A DNA stretch of 64,000 bases, taken from assembly GCA_965204835.1 (NCBI GenBank), contig OZ242017.1, forward strand, positions 365,384 to 429,383, read 5' to 3'. Source of the DNA: Dehalococcoidia bacterium. Lineage in GTDB: Bacteria > Chloroflexota > Dehalococcoidia > UBA2979. Positions within the stretch are counted from its first letter, which is position 1, and each line of letters begins with the position of its first letter. The notes under the pieces were generated by a model. That model searched no databases. It was not told the origin of the DNA and worked only from the letters and a program-made list of their open reading frames with translations. Below are positions 19,084 to 28,300 of this stretch, one piece after another. A program made the translations under genes and the position numbers.

Positions 19084-19362
19084 GTGGAGAGGTTCAGGGA
19101 CAGGGACACGCTTCGCGTGTTTCTTGGGCTCCGAGTACGGCGGATGCCGCCAGATCTGGAACGCCGGGCGCGTATGAGGCTGCAGCGAGTGGTAGCGGCG
19201 GGCACGCTTGCTGACCTGCGAGTGCCACCCTCTCATCGCCTACACGCACTGCGAGGCAACCGGCGAGGGCAGTACAGCATTCGCATCAACGACCAGTGGC
19301 GGGTCTGCTTCGTCTGGACCGAACAGGGGGCGATGGAAATCGAGATCGCGGACTACCACTAG
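19084..19362 (+). CDS. higB: HigB (RelE/ParE family) toxin
   Basis: DLRVPPSHRLHALRGNRRGQYSIRINDQWRVCF...IADYH. Start 19084 or 19075. Confidence 0.9.
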   Translation: MERFRDRDTLRVFLGLRVRRMPPDLERRARMRLQRVVAAGTLADLRVPPSHRLHALRGNRRGQYSIRINDQWRVCFVWTEQGAMEIEIADYH

Positions 19363-19373
19363 GGGACACAGGC

Positions 19374-19688
19374 ATGACGACGACGGCCTCGGCGATTCAT
19401 CCGGGCGAGCACCTCGCCGAGATGCTGGACGAGCTTGGCATCAGCCAGTACCGCCTCGCGAAGGCCATTGGCGTGCCCGCGGTCCGCATCAATGAGATCG
19501 TGCACTGCCGCCGCGGCGTCACCGCCGACACCGCCCTGCGCATCGGCCGCGCGCTCCGCATGACACCCGAGTTCTGGCTCAACCTCCAGCGGATGTACGA
19601 CCTCGAGGTTGCCCGAGCGTCCGTCGATGTCGACGTGATCGAGCCGCTCGTCGAGCCGCCGGACGGGCCACTGCCCTCCGCTGACTGA
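19374..19688 (+). CDS. higA: HigA antitoxin
   Basis: IHPGEHL, HTH, TADTALR, PEFWLNLQ. Confidence 0.92.
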   Translation: MTTTASAIHPGEHLAEMLDELGISQYRLAKAIGVPAVRINEIVHCRRGVTADTALRIGRALRMTPEFWLNLQRMYDLEVARASVDVDVIEPLVEPPDGPLPSAD

Positions 19689-19702
19689 CGCTCCGCGGCT
19701 CC

Positions 19703-22700
19703 CTACGCCCGCCAGAGCGTGAACCGCACCTTGATCCCCTCGATGCTCGCCTCGGTCGACGCCGCGCCGTCCGGCGCGTCGCCGTCGAGCGGGTCGAGGG
19801 AGCGCGCGAGCGTCTCCCCGGCCACGTACTCGCCGTGGGCATCGAGGACCGATTGGAGGTCGTCGCCACCCTCGTAGCGGACGTGGATGCGGTCGGTGAT
19901 GTCGAGGCCCGCCTCGCGGCGCAGATCCTGCAGCCGCCGCACCACGTCGCGCGCGATGCCCTCGGCGACGAGATCCGGCGTGAGCGCCGTCTCGACGAGC
20001 GCGCTGTACCCGGCGTCCTCCGCGGCGCTCCAGCCCTCGGCCGCCTCGACGTCCACGAGCACGTCGGACGCGGAGAGGTCGAAGCCGTCGAGTTGGAGCG
20101 AACCCTCGGCGCGCATCGTCGCGACGAGCGCGCGCGGGTCGGCGCCGGCGATGGCGGCGCGGATGCGTCCCACCTCGCGGCCGTAGCGCGGGCCCAGTGC
20201 GGGGAGGTTCGGACGCAGCGAGTAGACCAGGCGCTCGCCCGCGTCGGCGACCGCCTCGACGCGCTGCACGTTGAGCTCGTCGGCCACCTGCGGCGCGAGG
20301 CGATCGAGGGCCTCGAGTTCGGCGGCCGAGCGCGGGATGAGCACGGCGCTGGCCAGTGGCTGGCGCACCTTGATCCCGGCGCGCGAGCGCGCGCCGCGGC
20401 CGAGCGAGACCATGCGCTGCACCAGCGCCACGTCGCGCGAGAGCTGCTCGTCGATGGCGTCGGCGTCGGCCTCGGGCCACGCGGCGAGGTGTACTGAGTC
20501 CGGCGCGTCGGGCCGCTGTCCCGCCTCGAGGTTGCGGTATAGCGCCTCGGCGAGGAACGGCGTGAACGGCGCGATCAGCTTCGCGAGGGTGGTGAGGCAC
20601 TCGTAGAGCGTGTGCAGCGCCGCCTGCGTGTCGGCGGAGTCGTCGGACTTCCAGAAGCGGCGGCGGCTGCGTCGCACGTACCAGTTCGAGAGCTGCTCGA
20701 TCAGCTCCGCGATCGGGCGCGCGCCCTCGAGCGGCTCGTAGTCGTCGAGCGCTTCCGTGACGCTGCGCACGGCCTGGTGCAGCTCCGAGCGGATCCAGCG
20801 GTCGAGCTCGGTGCGCGACTCCGGCGCGGGCGCGCTCCCCGGGTCGAAGCCGGCGATGTTGGCGTAGGTGACGAAGAACGAGTAGGTGTTCCACAGCGTC
20901 GAGAGCACGCGCCGCTGCGCCTCGCGCACGATCTCGGGCGAGAAGCGCCGCGAGTTGCCGGGCGGGGCGGCGGTGTACATCGTCCAGCGCAGCGCATCGG
21001 CGCCGTAGGCGTCGAGCACCTCCCAGTGGTCGACGATGTTGCCGCGGGACTTGGACATCTTCTGCCCCTCGGCGTCCTCGATGAGGCCGAGGCAGATCAC
21101 GTTGCGGAACGAGACGCCCGCCGAGACGTCGCCCGTGCTGTGCAGCAGCGTGGCGAGGGCGTGCAGGGTGTAGAACCATCCCCGCGTCTGGTCCACCGCC
21201 TCGCAGATGAAGTCGGCGGGGAAGCGCTCCTCGAACAGCTCCCGGTTCTCGAACGGGTAGTGCGACTGCGCGTAGGGCATCGCGCCCGAGTCGAACCACG
21301 CGTCGGCGACCTCGGGCGTGCGACGCATCTCGCCGCCGCAGTCGAGGCAGGCCAGCGTGACCTCGTCGATAAACGGGCGGTGCGGGTCCGGGGGCGGGGC
21401 GTCGAGGCCCGCGCGCTCGGCCAACTCCTCGTAGGAGCCGATGCAGTCCGTGCGTCGGCACCCCTCGCAGACCCAGAACGGCAGCGGCGTGCCCCAGTAG
21501 CGCTCGCGCGAGAGCGCCCAGTCCACGTTGCCGTCGAGCCACTCGCCGAAGCGGCCGTCGCGGATGTGGTTGGGCACCCAGTGGATGTCCTGGTTGTTCG
21601 CCACCAGCGCGTCGCGCACGGCCGTCGTGCGGATGTACCACGACGGCTTGGCGTAGTAGAGCACCGGCGTGTCGCAGCGCCAGCAGAACGGGTAGGTGTG
21701 GTGGATGATATCGCTGTCGAGGAGCAGCCCGCGCGCATCGAGGTCCGCGGTGATGTCGGGGTCGGCTTCCTTCGCGAAGCGCCCGTCGAACGGCCCGCCC
21801 GTGAGCGTCCCGTCGAGCGCGACGGGCTCGAGGAACATCAGCCCCTCGTCGCGGCCCAGCTCGTAGTCCTCCTCGCCGAACGCGGGCGCGATGTGCACCA
21901 CGCCCGTGCCGTCGTCGGTGGCGACGAACTCCGCGCCGACGACCCGCCGGTCGGGCGCGTCGCCGGGCTCGACGAACTGCGATCGGCCGTCGATGAAGGC
22001 GAGCGTCTCGACGCCCTCCCACTCGCGCGACTCGTAGAGCGGCTCGTAGCGCAGCCCGACGAGGGATGAGCCTTCGAAGCGCGCGAGGACGGTGTTCGCG
22101 TCGCCCTCCGGCAGCACCTCGCGGCGGCGCGCCTCTGCGACGATGAGCCGCCGGTCGCCGTCCTCGACGAGCGCGTACTCCGCGTCGGGCGCGACGGCGA
22201 GGGCGGTGTTGCCCGGCAGCGTCCACGGCGTCGTGGTCCAAGCGAGCACGGAGGTCGGGACGCCGTCGGCGAGCCGCAGCTCCTTGTCGGCCCCGGCGTT
22301 CGCGCCGTTGGCGGCGAGGGTGAACAGCACGGTCACGCTCGGGTCGGGCGTGTCCTCCTGGTAGCCGAGCGCGATCTCGTGGCTCGAGAGGCTGGTGCCG
22401 CAGCGCGGGCAGTGCGGGGTGACGCGGTAGTCGCGGAAGATCAGGTCGTTCTCCCACAGCCGCTGCAGCACCCACCAGCACGACTCGACGTACTCGTTCG
22501 AGTAGGTCACGTAGGCGTCGTCGGTGTCGATCCAGAACCCGATGCGCTCGGTCATGCGCTCCCAGTCGGAGACGTAGCGGAACACGGACTCGCGGCACTG
22601 CGCGTTGAAGGCGGCGACGCCGTACTCCTCGATGTCGCGCTTGTCGCGCAGGCCGAGCTCGCGCTCGACCTCGAGCTCGACGGGGAGGCCGTGGGTGTCC

Positions 22701-22990
22701 CAGCCACCCTTCCGGGGGGCGCGGTAGCCACGCATGGTCTTGTAGCGCGGGATCAGGTCCTTGAAGACGCGCGCGAGGACGTGGTGCACGCCCGGCGTGC
22801 CGTTCGCCGTCGGCGGCCCCTCGTAGAACGAGAACAGGTTGTCGGCGGGGCGCTCTTCGATGCTGCGCCGGAAGACGTCGTGCTCGCGCCAGAACGCGAG
22901 GATGTCCTGCTCCATCTCGGGGAACGAGACCCGCGAGGGCGCCGCCTCAAAGCGCGCCCGCACTTCGGACCCCACCTCGGCGTCCACCAC
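19703..22990 (-). CDS. ileS: isoleucine--tRNA ligase, type 2
   Basis: YEGPPTANGTPGVHH, GWDTHGLP, WTTTPWTL, DWALSRERYWG, DQTRGWF, KMSKS. Confidence 0.98.
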   Translation of the reverse strand: MVDAEVGSEVRARFEAAPSRVSFPEMEQDILAFWREHDVFRRSIEERPADNLFSFYEGPPTANGTPGVHHVLARVFKDLIPRYKTMRGYRAPRKGGWDTHGLPVELEVERELGLRDKRDIEEYGVAAFNAQCRESVFRYVSDWERMTERIGFWIDTDDAYVTYSNEYVESCWWVLQRLWENDLIFRDYRVTPHCPRCGTSLSSHEIALGYQEDTPDPSVTVLFTLAANGANAGADKELRLADGVPTSVLAWTTTPWTLPGNTALAVAPDAEYALVEDGDRRLIVAEARRREVLPEGDANTVLARFEGSSLVGLRYEPLYESREWEGVETLAFIDGRSQFVEPGDAPDRRVVGAEFVATDDGTGVVHIAPAFGEEDYELGRDEGLMFLEPVALDGTLTGGPFDGRFAKEADPDITADLDARGLLLDSDIIHHTYPFCWRCDTPVLYYAKPSWYIRTTAVRDALVANNQDIHWVPNHIRDGRFGEWLDGNVDWALSRERYWGTPLPFWVCEGCRRTDCIGSYEELAERAGLDAPPPDPHRPFIDEVTLACLDCGGEMRRTPEVADAWFDSGAMPYAQSHYPFENRELFEERFPADFICEAVDQTRGWFYTLHALATLLHSTGDVSAGVSFRNVICLGLIEDAEGQKMSKSRGNIVDHWEVLDAYGADALRWTMYTAAPPGNSRRFSPEIVREAQRRVLSTLWNTYSFFVTYANIAGFDPGSAPAPESRTELDRWIRSELHQAVRSVTEALDDYEPLEGARPIAELIEQLSNWYVRRSRRRFWKSDDSADTQAALHTLYECLTTLAKLIAPFTPFLAEALYRNLEAGQRPDAPDSVHLAAWPEADADAIDEQLSRDVALVQRMVSLGRGARSRAGIKVRQPLASAVLIPRSAAELEALDRLAPQVADELNVQRVEAVADAGERLVYSLRPNLPALGPRYGREVGRIRAAIAGADPRALVATMRAEGSLQLDGFDLSASDVLVDVEAAEGWSAAEDAGYSALVETALTPDLVAEGIARDVVRRLQDLRREAGLDITDRIHVRYEGGDDLQSVLDAHGEYVAGETLARSLDPLDGDAPDGAASTEASIEGIKVRFTLWRA

Positions 22991-23009
22991 GATGCACCTC
23001 CATACGCGG

Positions 23010-23338
23010 GCACGAAAAACGCCCGCCCCTCACGGGACGGGCGACACGCGCCCGCGGTACCACCCGCGTTGCGCCGCTGCCCCGCCCTCGGGACGCGCGA
23101 CGCCGCTCACCACGCCACGCCGGGCCGCGGCTCCGCGGCACGCCGGTTATGGCGCTGCCCCTGGTAACGGTGGGCGCTCCGGCCGAGCCTACTGGCGTCG
23201 AACGCCCGGCGACGGGGCTCGCGCGTTGGGTCGGCGGCTCGGGAGGGATCTTCGCCCGTCGCGGCCACGCCCGGCTCGCACCGTCCCGGGCTCGCTCGGC
23301 GGCCGCTGACGACGGGCTACTCGCTCCGTCTCAGCCTG
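23010..23338 (-). ncRNA. T-box riboswitch (Ile), transcriptional type
   Basis: AGTA box, GGTGCGAG loop, specifier loop GAAGATCCC with Ile codon ATC (23249-23247), T-box AACGCGGGTGGTACCGCG (~23070-23053), then terminator GCCCGTCCCGTGAGGGGCGGGC-GTTTTT. Confidence 0.9.
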
Positions 23339-23344
23339 TCTGTT

Positions 23345-23434
23345 GAGTCTAGGTGCGCCCCCGGCGACCGATCAATCGACCGCCGGCGGACGACGCTGGC
23401 GAGTCCAGGTGCGCCCCCGGCGACCGATCAATCG
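23345..23434 (-). repeat. 34-bp direct repeat containing the ileS promoter
   Basis: 23345-23378 and 23401-23434 match at 33/34 positions. Copy 1 reads TTGATC-N18-TAGACT on the minus strand; copy 2 has TGGACT at -10. Confidence 0.8.
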
Positions 23435-23461
23435 CCAGCCGCCCGGGCGCGTCGAAGGGTG

Positions 23462-23920
23462 CTACAGCCCGAAGCCGCTCGGGGCCTCGGTGCGCTCTGC
23501 CGCCGGGCCCTCGCCCTCGGGGCGCTCGGACTGTGCGCCGCCGGCAAGCTGCGCGGCGAGGCGCTGCGCGGCGGCCTCCTCCTCGGCCTCCTGGCGCTCG
23601 CGCACCGCGTTGTAGCAAGACGAGCAGAACACCGGGCGGTCGCCTCGAGGCAGGAACGGGACCTCGGTGGTCTGGTGGCACTGCGCGCAGGTGGCGACGT
23701 TGAGCTGCCGCGGCGTGCGGCCGCCCCACGAGACGTAGGTGCCGTAGGTGGGGGCCTCGAAGCGGTCCTCGGGGCGCATGGCCTTGCGGTTGGCGCGGCA
23801 GGAGGGGCAGCGGACGGGGTCGTGCTGCAGGCCCTTGGAGGCGTAGAACTCCTGCTCGCCGGCGGTGAAGACGAAGGTGGAGCCGCAGTCGCGGCAGTTC
23901 AGTTGCCGGTCGCTCGCCAT
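23462..23920 (-). CDS. zinc-ribbon / CxxC-x17-CxxC domain protein
   Basis: LNCRDCGSTFVFTAGEQEFYASKG..PVRCPSCR and TCAQC...VPFLPRGDRPVFCSSC. Confidence 0.9.
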   Translation of the reverse strand: MASDRQLNCRDCGSTFVFTAGEQEFYASKGLQHDPVRCPSCRANRKAMRPEDRFEAPTYGTYVSWGGRTPRQLNVATCAQCHQTTEVPFLPRGDRPVFCSSCYNAVRERQEAEEEAAAQRLAAQLAGGAQSERPEGEGPAAERTEAPSGFGL

Positions 23921-24026
23921 TCGGAACTCCTCGCAATGCACATGCGCGCGACGGTGCCCGTCGCGTGTGGTGAGTGGCCTTGTGGGTGTGGGCCGCGATC
24001 AAGTATAGCAGGGGCGCGCGAGTGAC

Positions 24027-24899
24027 CTACTTGTCGCGCCGTTCGGGCAGTTCGGCATGGGTGCCGAGGACGAGGCCTGCGTCACGAACCTGGTCGACGA
24101 GCGAGGTCCACAGTTCGAACAACTCGTTGGGTGAGGCATCGCACGTTTGCTTGAAGCCTTGGCACTTCGTGCGCTTGAAGTACCTGCTAGGGAGAGTGAT
24201 GCTCGGTCGCTTGAAGCCTGCATCTCGGCTCGACTGCGCTGCGGGAAAGAAGCTGAACATGTCATCGACTGGCTCCGAAGGGGTCGCACCCGTGTACAGC
24301 CGCAGCGCGAGGTCTGGGCTCTCGTTCCAGACGATCGGTTCCGCGGTTACGTCGATGAACTCCTGCGGCACGAGCCCCGCCACGTCCTCCTTCATGCTCT
24401 CGGCGCGATAGTCGACGGAAGCCGCCACCACGAAGACGGTATCGAGAACCCACTCGTTGTCGACGCAGCTTCCGAAAACGACTAATGAGCCTCGTGCGAG
24501 TTGCTTCAGTGTCTTACCCGGGCCTCGTGAGCCCCGCCGCTGAGCGCAATTCGAGTACACGAAGTGGTCGCCGAAGATGAAGGGATCGGTGTTGTGCAGC
24601 TCCTCGAAGTCGGCGCGTGCTGTGTAGTGAGGACGCCAGAGACTGCTCGGGAACTGTCTTGAGTCATTACCCGGTGCCTCGAGCTGGCTGACCTTCACGG
24701 ACTCAGCTTCCCACTCCCCCCACGCGTGAAGCTCATCGGGGTGCGTTTGCCCCTCAGCATCAGTCCATGCGCCGTGGAACTCGAGGAACTTGCGTTGGTG
24801 GGCGTGATCACCTGCGAACGAATGCCAATTCTCAGCACATGCATGTCCGTGCTCCCAGCCGGGGTGGTGGAGCTGTATGAAGCAGCGACTATCGGCCAT
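24027..24899 (-). CDS. hypothetical protein, possibly Nmad/PUA-like nucleotide-modification-associated
   Basis: Lower-GC ORF from ATG 24899 with GGAGG RBS. Blocks HPGWEH, RKF, WGEWE, NTDPFIFG..F.YSNC.Q, GSLVVFGS, LDTVFVV. Confidence 0.65.
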   Translation of the reverse strand: MADSRCFIQLHHPGWEHGHACAENWHSFAGDHAHQRKFLEFHGAWTDAEGQTHPDELHAWGEWEAESVKVSQLEAPGNDSRQFPSSLWRPHYTARADFEELHNTDPFIFGDHFVYSNCAQRRGSRGPGKTLKQLARGSLVVFGSCVDNEWVLDTVFVVAASVDYRAESMKEDVAGLVPQEFIDVTAEPIVWNESPDLALRLYTGATPSEPVDDMFSFFPAAQSSRDAGFKRPSITLPSRYFKRTKCQGFKQTCDASPNELFELWTSLVDQVRDAGLVLGTHAELPERRDK

Positions 24900-25731
24900 C
24901 TCGGTACGCCTCCAAGAGGATCGTGCCCAACTCGCGCTTCTGTGAGTCGTGGAGCAGTCCGAACGGTTTCTGCGCAGCCGGACCGAACACGAACAGCGCG
25001 GGCTCGTCGCCGACCCGATACCAGCGTGCTCGCACCTCGTACGGTCGAGAGCGCAACTCGCCGCTTCCTGTTCGATCAAACGTATGGATCAGGTCCCAGC
25101 CGCCGCTGAGTGGCTCGAAGTCAACCCGAGCGAGGTGGTGCTTGGCAACCGATATTGCGACGACATCGGGTTGGAGCGCCTCGAGCAACCCATGCCAGAG
25201 CGGTCCGCCGTCGGCCTCGAGCATCGAGCGCTCGGCGTCGTGCAGCTTGCTCCACGTCGGGCTCGTAGCGACTGGCGAGCAGATGTCGGTGTGGAGCGCC
25301 GTCGAGGTCTCGCCCGCGTAGTAGCTCGCTCCCGCGCCGTTGAGCAGCGGCTCGAAGGCGCTGAACCAGCCCCTGTACGGGTCGGTTCGGTAGTAGGCGG
25401 ACAGCGCCGCGAGGTAGCGCTCGGGCTCGCGGCCTTCGGAGCCCCCGGCGAGTGGGAAGCGCGAGAACGGGTCGTCGGCGGGGAACTCCGCCAGCGACGG
25501 GTTGAGCCCGACGGTCACGACGCGCAGCGGCGACGCAAGGTACGCGTCGAGGTCACCGAAGAACAGGATGGGCGCGGCAGGGCTGACCCGCGACGGTAGC
25601 CTCGCCGCGTCGTCGTACGCGCGCCAGGCGGCTGCCACCAAGTCGAAGAGGTCTGCTTGTGCTGCCAGACGCCGAGCCCCCTGCTCCACACGATCGTAAT
25701 GGTAGTCGAGGCCTCGTGTCGGGCTACTCAC
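24889..25731 (-). CDS. uracil-DNA-glycosylase-fold hypothetical protein
   Basis: PILFFGD...VVTVGLNPS (GxNP motif), HTDICSP, LQPDVV. Overlaps both the murJ stop and the next gene start. Confidence 0.65.
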   Translation of the reverse strand: MSSPTRGLDYHYDRVEQGARRLAAQADLFDLVAAAWRAYDDAARLPSRVSPAAPILFFGDLDAYLASPLRVVTVGLNPSLAEFPADDPFSRFPLAGGSEGREPERYLAALSAYYRTDPYRGWFSAFEPLLNGAGASYYAGETSTALHTDICSPVATSPTWSKLHDAERSMLEADGGPLWHGLLEALQPDVVAISVAKHHLARVDFEPLSGGWDLIHTFDRTGSGELRSRPYEVRARWYRVGDEPALFVFGPAAQKPFGLLHDSQKRELGTILLEAYRDGR

Positions 25732-27391
25732 CCTCGCTACCAGCAGCCCTCAACCACGCCACCCCCGCACGCCACTCCTCGCTCCCCAGCCCCGCCGACA
25801 CCCCGACGAACACCGCAAACCCGCCGAGCCCGCCGGCCGCCACCAGCGCCAGCGCGCCGAGGAGCTCGCCGGCCTCGGCGCCCGCTTCGCCCAGCCCGAC
25901 CAGCACGAGCACGACCACGGTCGACATCACCGCCGTCGCGGCGGCGGTGCGGAGCAGGGAGCGGCCGAGCGTGGCGGCGCCGAGGGTCGTGACGCCTCGG
26001 CCCGCCAGGCGGCGGCGCAACGCCCACAGCAGCAGCGCGAACTCCCCGACCGCGGCGATCGAGGCGGCCGCGGCCAGCCCCGCGATGCCGAACGGCTCAA
26101 CGAACGCCGCGCAGAACGCGACGTTGACCAGCATCCCGAAGACGGCGATGGCGACCGGCGTACGGGTGTCCGAGAGCGCGTAGAAGCCCCGGCTCATGAT
26201 CTCGACCGACGCGTGCGCCCACACCGCCACCGCGTAGACCACGAGCGCGTCGACCACGAGCGACGTCGAGGCCGCGTCGAACGCGCCGCGCTGGAGCAGC
26301 AGCCGCACGGCCGGGTCGGCGAGCAGCACGAGGCCCGCCGAGGCGGGGATCGCGAGGAACAGGATCATCCGCAGCGAGCCGTCGAGCGCGCGGCCGAGGC
26401 CCTCGTAGTCCTCCTCGGCGCCGAGGTTCGCGAGGGTCGGGAAGGCGGCGGTCGCGATCGCCATCCCGACCACGCCGACGGGGAGCAGCATCACGAGGAA
26501 CGCGAAGTTGACCGCGCTGATCGCCTCGTCGGAGACGAACGAGGCGAAGAACATCACGACGACGAGGTTGAGCTGCGCTGCGGCGAGGCCGATCACGCGC
26601 GGGCCCATGAGCCGCATCACCTCGCGCACGCCCGCCGAGGCGACGCCGAGGCTCGGCCGCCAGCGCATGCCGACCGCCCACAGCGCGGGCACCTGCACCA
26701 CGAGGTGGCCGGCGCTGCCGATCACCACGCCCCACGCCAGCCCGTGCACGCCCCAGCGGTCGGCGAGCACGACCGCGCCGAGGATGATGCCGAGGTTGTA
26801 GAGCAGCGGCGCGATCGAGGGCGCGAGGAAGTGCTGGCGGCCGTTGAGGATGCCCGTGAGCATGCCGGAGACGCCGAACATGAGCGGTGAGATCAGCATC
26901 ACGCGCGTGAGCTCGACTGCCAGCGCGTGCAGCTCGTCGGCGCGCCCGGTCTCCTCGCCGAGCCCCGGTGCGAGCAACGGCACGACGAAGGGCGCGAGGG
27001 CGAACGCGAGCGCGGCGAGGACGAAGGTGGCGAGGCTAATCAGGTTGAGCACGCTCGAGGCGAGCCGCCACGCCTCGTCCTCGCCCTCGTCGAGTACGAC
27101 GCGGCTGAAGACGGGGATGAAGGCCGAGGCGAGCACCGCGCCGGCGAGGAGCTGGAAGACGAGGTCCGGCACGCGGAACGCGACGAAGTAGGCACCGAGC
27201 TCGGGCTCGGTGCCGAAGGCGTCGGCGATCGCGACGGAGCGCAGCAGCCCGAGCAGCCTCGATGCGATGAAGCCCGTCGCGACGAGGCCCGCCGCACCGG
27301 CGACGCTGCGCGGTGAGAGTGCTTGGCGCAGGGCCGCGCCGGCCACGCGCCGCCACCGGGCGCCTCGCGAGTGTTCGCGTCCCTCGCTCAT
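25724..27391 (-). CDS. murJ: lipid II flippase MurJ (MviN)
   Basis: SRLLGLLR, AFRVPD, SAFIPVF, RGAFD, RGFYALSDTRTP; many TM helices. Confidence 0.93.
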   Translation of the reverse strand: MSEGREHSRGARWRRVAGAALRQALSPRSVAGAAGLVATGFIASRLLGLLRSVAIADAFGTEPELGAYFVAFRVPDLVFQLLAGAVLASAFIPVFSRVVLDEGEDEAWRLASSVLNLISLATFVLAALAFALAPFVVPLLAPGLGEETGRADELHALAVELTRVMLISPLMFGVSGMLTGILNGRQHFLAPSIAPLLYNLGIILGAVVLADRWGVHGLAWGVVIGSAGHLVVQVPALWAVGMRWRPSLGVASAGVREVMRLMGPRVIGLAAAQLNLVVVMFFASFVSDEAISAVNFAFLVMLLPVGVVGMAIATAAFPTLANLGAEEDYEGLGRALDGSLRMILFLAIPASAGLVLLADPAVRLLLQRGAFDAASTSLVVDALVVYAVAVWAHASVEIMSRGFYALSDTRTPVAIAVFGMLVNVAFCAAFVEPFGIAGLAAAASIAAVGEFALLLWALRRRLAGRGVTTLGAATLGRSLLRTAAATAVMSTVVVLVLVGLGEAGAEAGELLGALALVAAGGLGGFAVFVGVSAGLGSEEWRAGVAWLRAAGSEGE

Positions 27392-27492
27392 CGGCGGCAT
27401 CATCCCACGCGGGTGATCAGTCGGCGACGGCGCGCCGATAGACGCTCGCAAGGGGCGCCGTTACCGTAGAAGGCCGCGACGGAGGATGGGGC

Positions 27493-27765
27493 ATGGCCCA
27501 CTCGAGACAGGCGAAGAAGCGCGCGCGCCAGAACGTGGTGCGCGCGGCGCGCAACCGCCCGTACCGCACGGGCGCCTCGAGGCGCCTGCGCGACGCGCGC
27601 TGGGCGATCGAGGACGGGGACGCGGACGCGGCCGAGCAGGTGCGGCTGGCGCAGTCGGCGCTAGACCAGGCTGCGAAGCGCGGGATCATCCACCGCAACA
27701 CGGCGGCCCGCAAGAAGTCGCGCCTCGCGGCACAGTTGAAGGCGCTGCAGACCGCCGAGGCGTAG
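27493..27765 (+). CDS. rpsT: 30S ribosomal protein S20
   Basis: AHSRQAKKRARQ...LDQAAKRGIIHRNTAARKKSRL. Confidence 0.95.
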   Translation: MAHSRQAKKRARQNVVRAARNRPYRTGASRRLRDARWAIEDGDADAAEQVRLAQSALDQAAKRGIIHRNTAARKKSRLAAQLKALQTAEA

Positions 27766-27848
27766 CCGCCCCTCGTACGCGCACACACGTCGAGCCCCCG
27801 CAAGGGGGCTCCGTCTTGTAGAGCGCGCTGCGCCGACCCGGATCCGGA

Positions 27849-28097
27849 CTACTCGGGGATGGAGACCGTGGCCAATGAGTCGCGCGCGATGACCGCGCGC
27901 GCGTAAGCCGTGCAGGCAAGGATGTCGTCGAGTTCGAGGTCGGGGTAATCGTCGAGGATCTCGCCTGGCGTTGCCCCCTGCGCGAGCAGGCCGAGGATCA
28001 ACTCCACGGAGATGCGCATATCCCGGATGATCGGCTTGCCGCCGAACACATCGGGTCGTGCGGTGATGCGTCGAAGCAGCTCGTCGTACGACGGCAT
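27849..28097 (-). CDS. DUF433 domain protein (VapB45-like antitoxin)
   Basis: RITARPDVFGGKPIIRDMRISV..IL...EILDDYPDL...DI.A. Confidence 0.9.
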   Translation of the reverse strand: MPSYDELLRRITARPDVFGGKPIIRDMRISVELILGLLAQGATPGEILDDYPDLELDDILACTAYARAVIARDSLATVSIPE

Positions 28098-28300
28098 CTT
28101 GCCTCCATGGAACCGGCGTCGTTCCGTTGGCTGCGAGGATACCCGCCACGGCCGAACCTGATCGTCCCGCATTCTGCGGCTCGGGGAGCCACGGCCCGAC
28201 CAGTTGCGATCATGCGGTAGCAGCACCTGCGCCGCGCTGCGATACTCTGGCTCGAGCGGACCGGCTCCCCTAACCCAGCGACCACACGACCGGACGACCC

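Noticed and set aside
19359-22598. 1079-aa ORF and many other long Arg/Ala/Pro-rich ORFs (e.g. 13584-15761, 47891-49903, 52585-54846)
   Set aside because: Alternative-frame or antisense shadows of recognisable genes; long stop-free frames are expected at this GC content.
23010-23340. tRNA or novel ncRNA upstream of ileS
   Set aside because: Fully explained by a canonical Ile T-box riboswitch.
23345-23434. Mini CRISPR array
   Set aside because: Only two copies, a 22-nt gap, no cas genes, and the repeat coincides with the ileS promoter.
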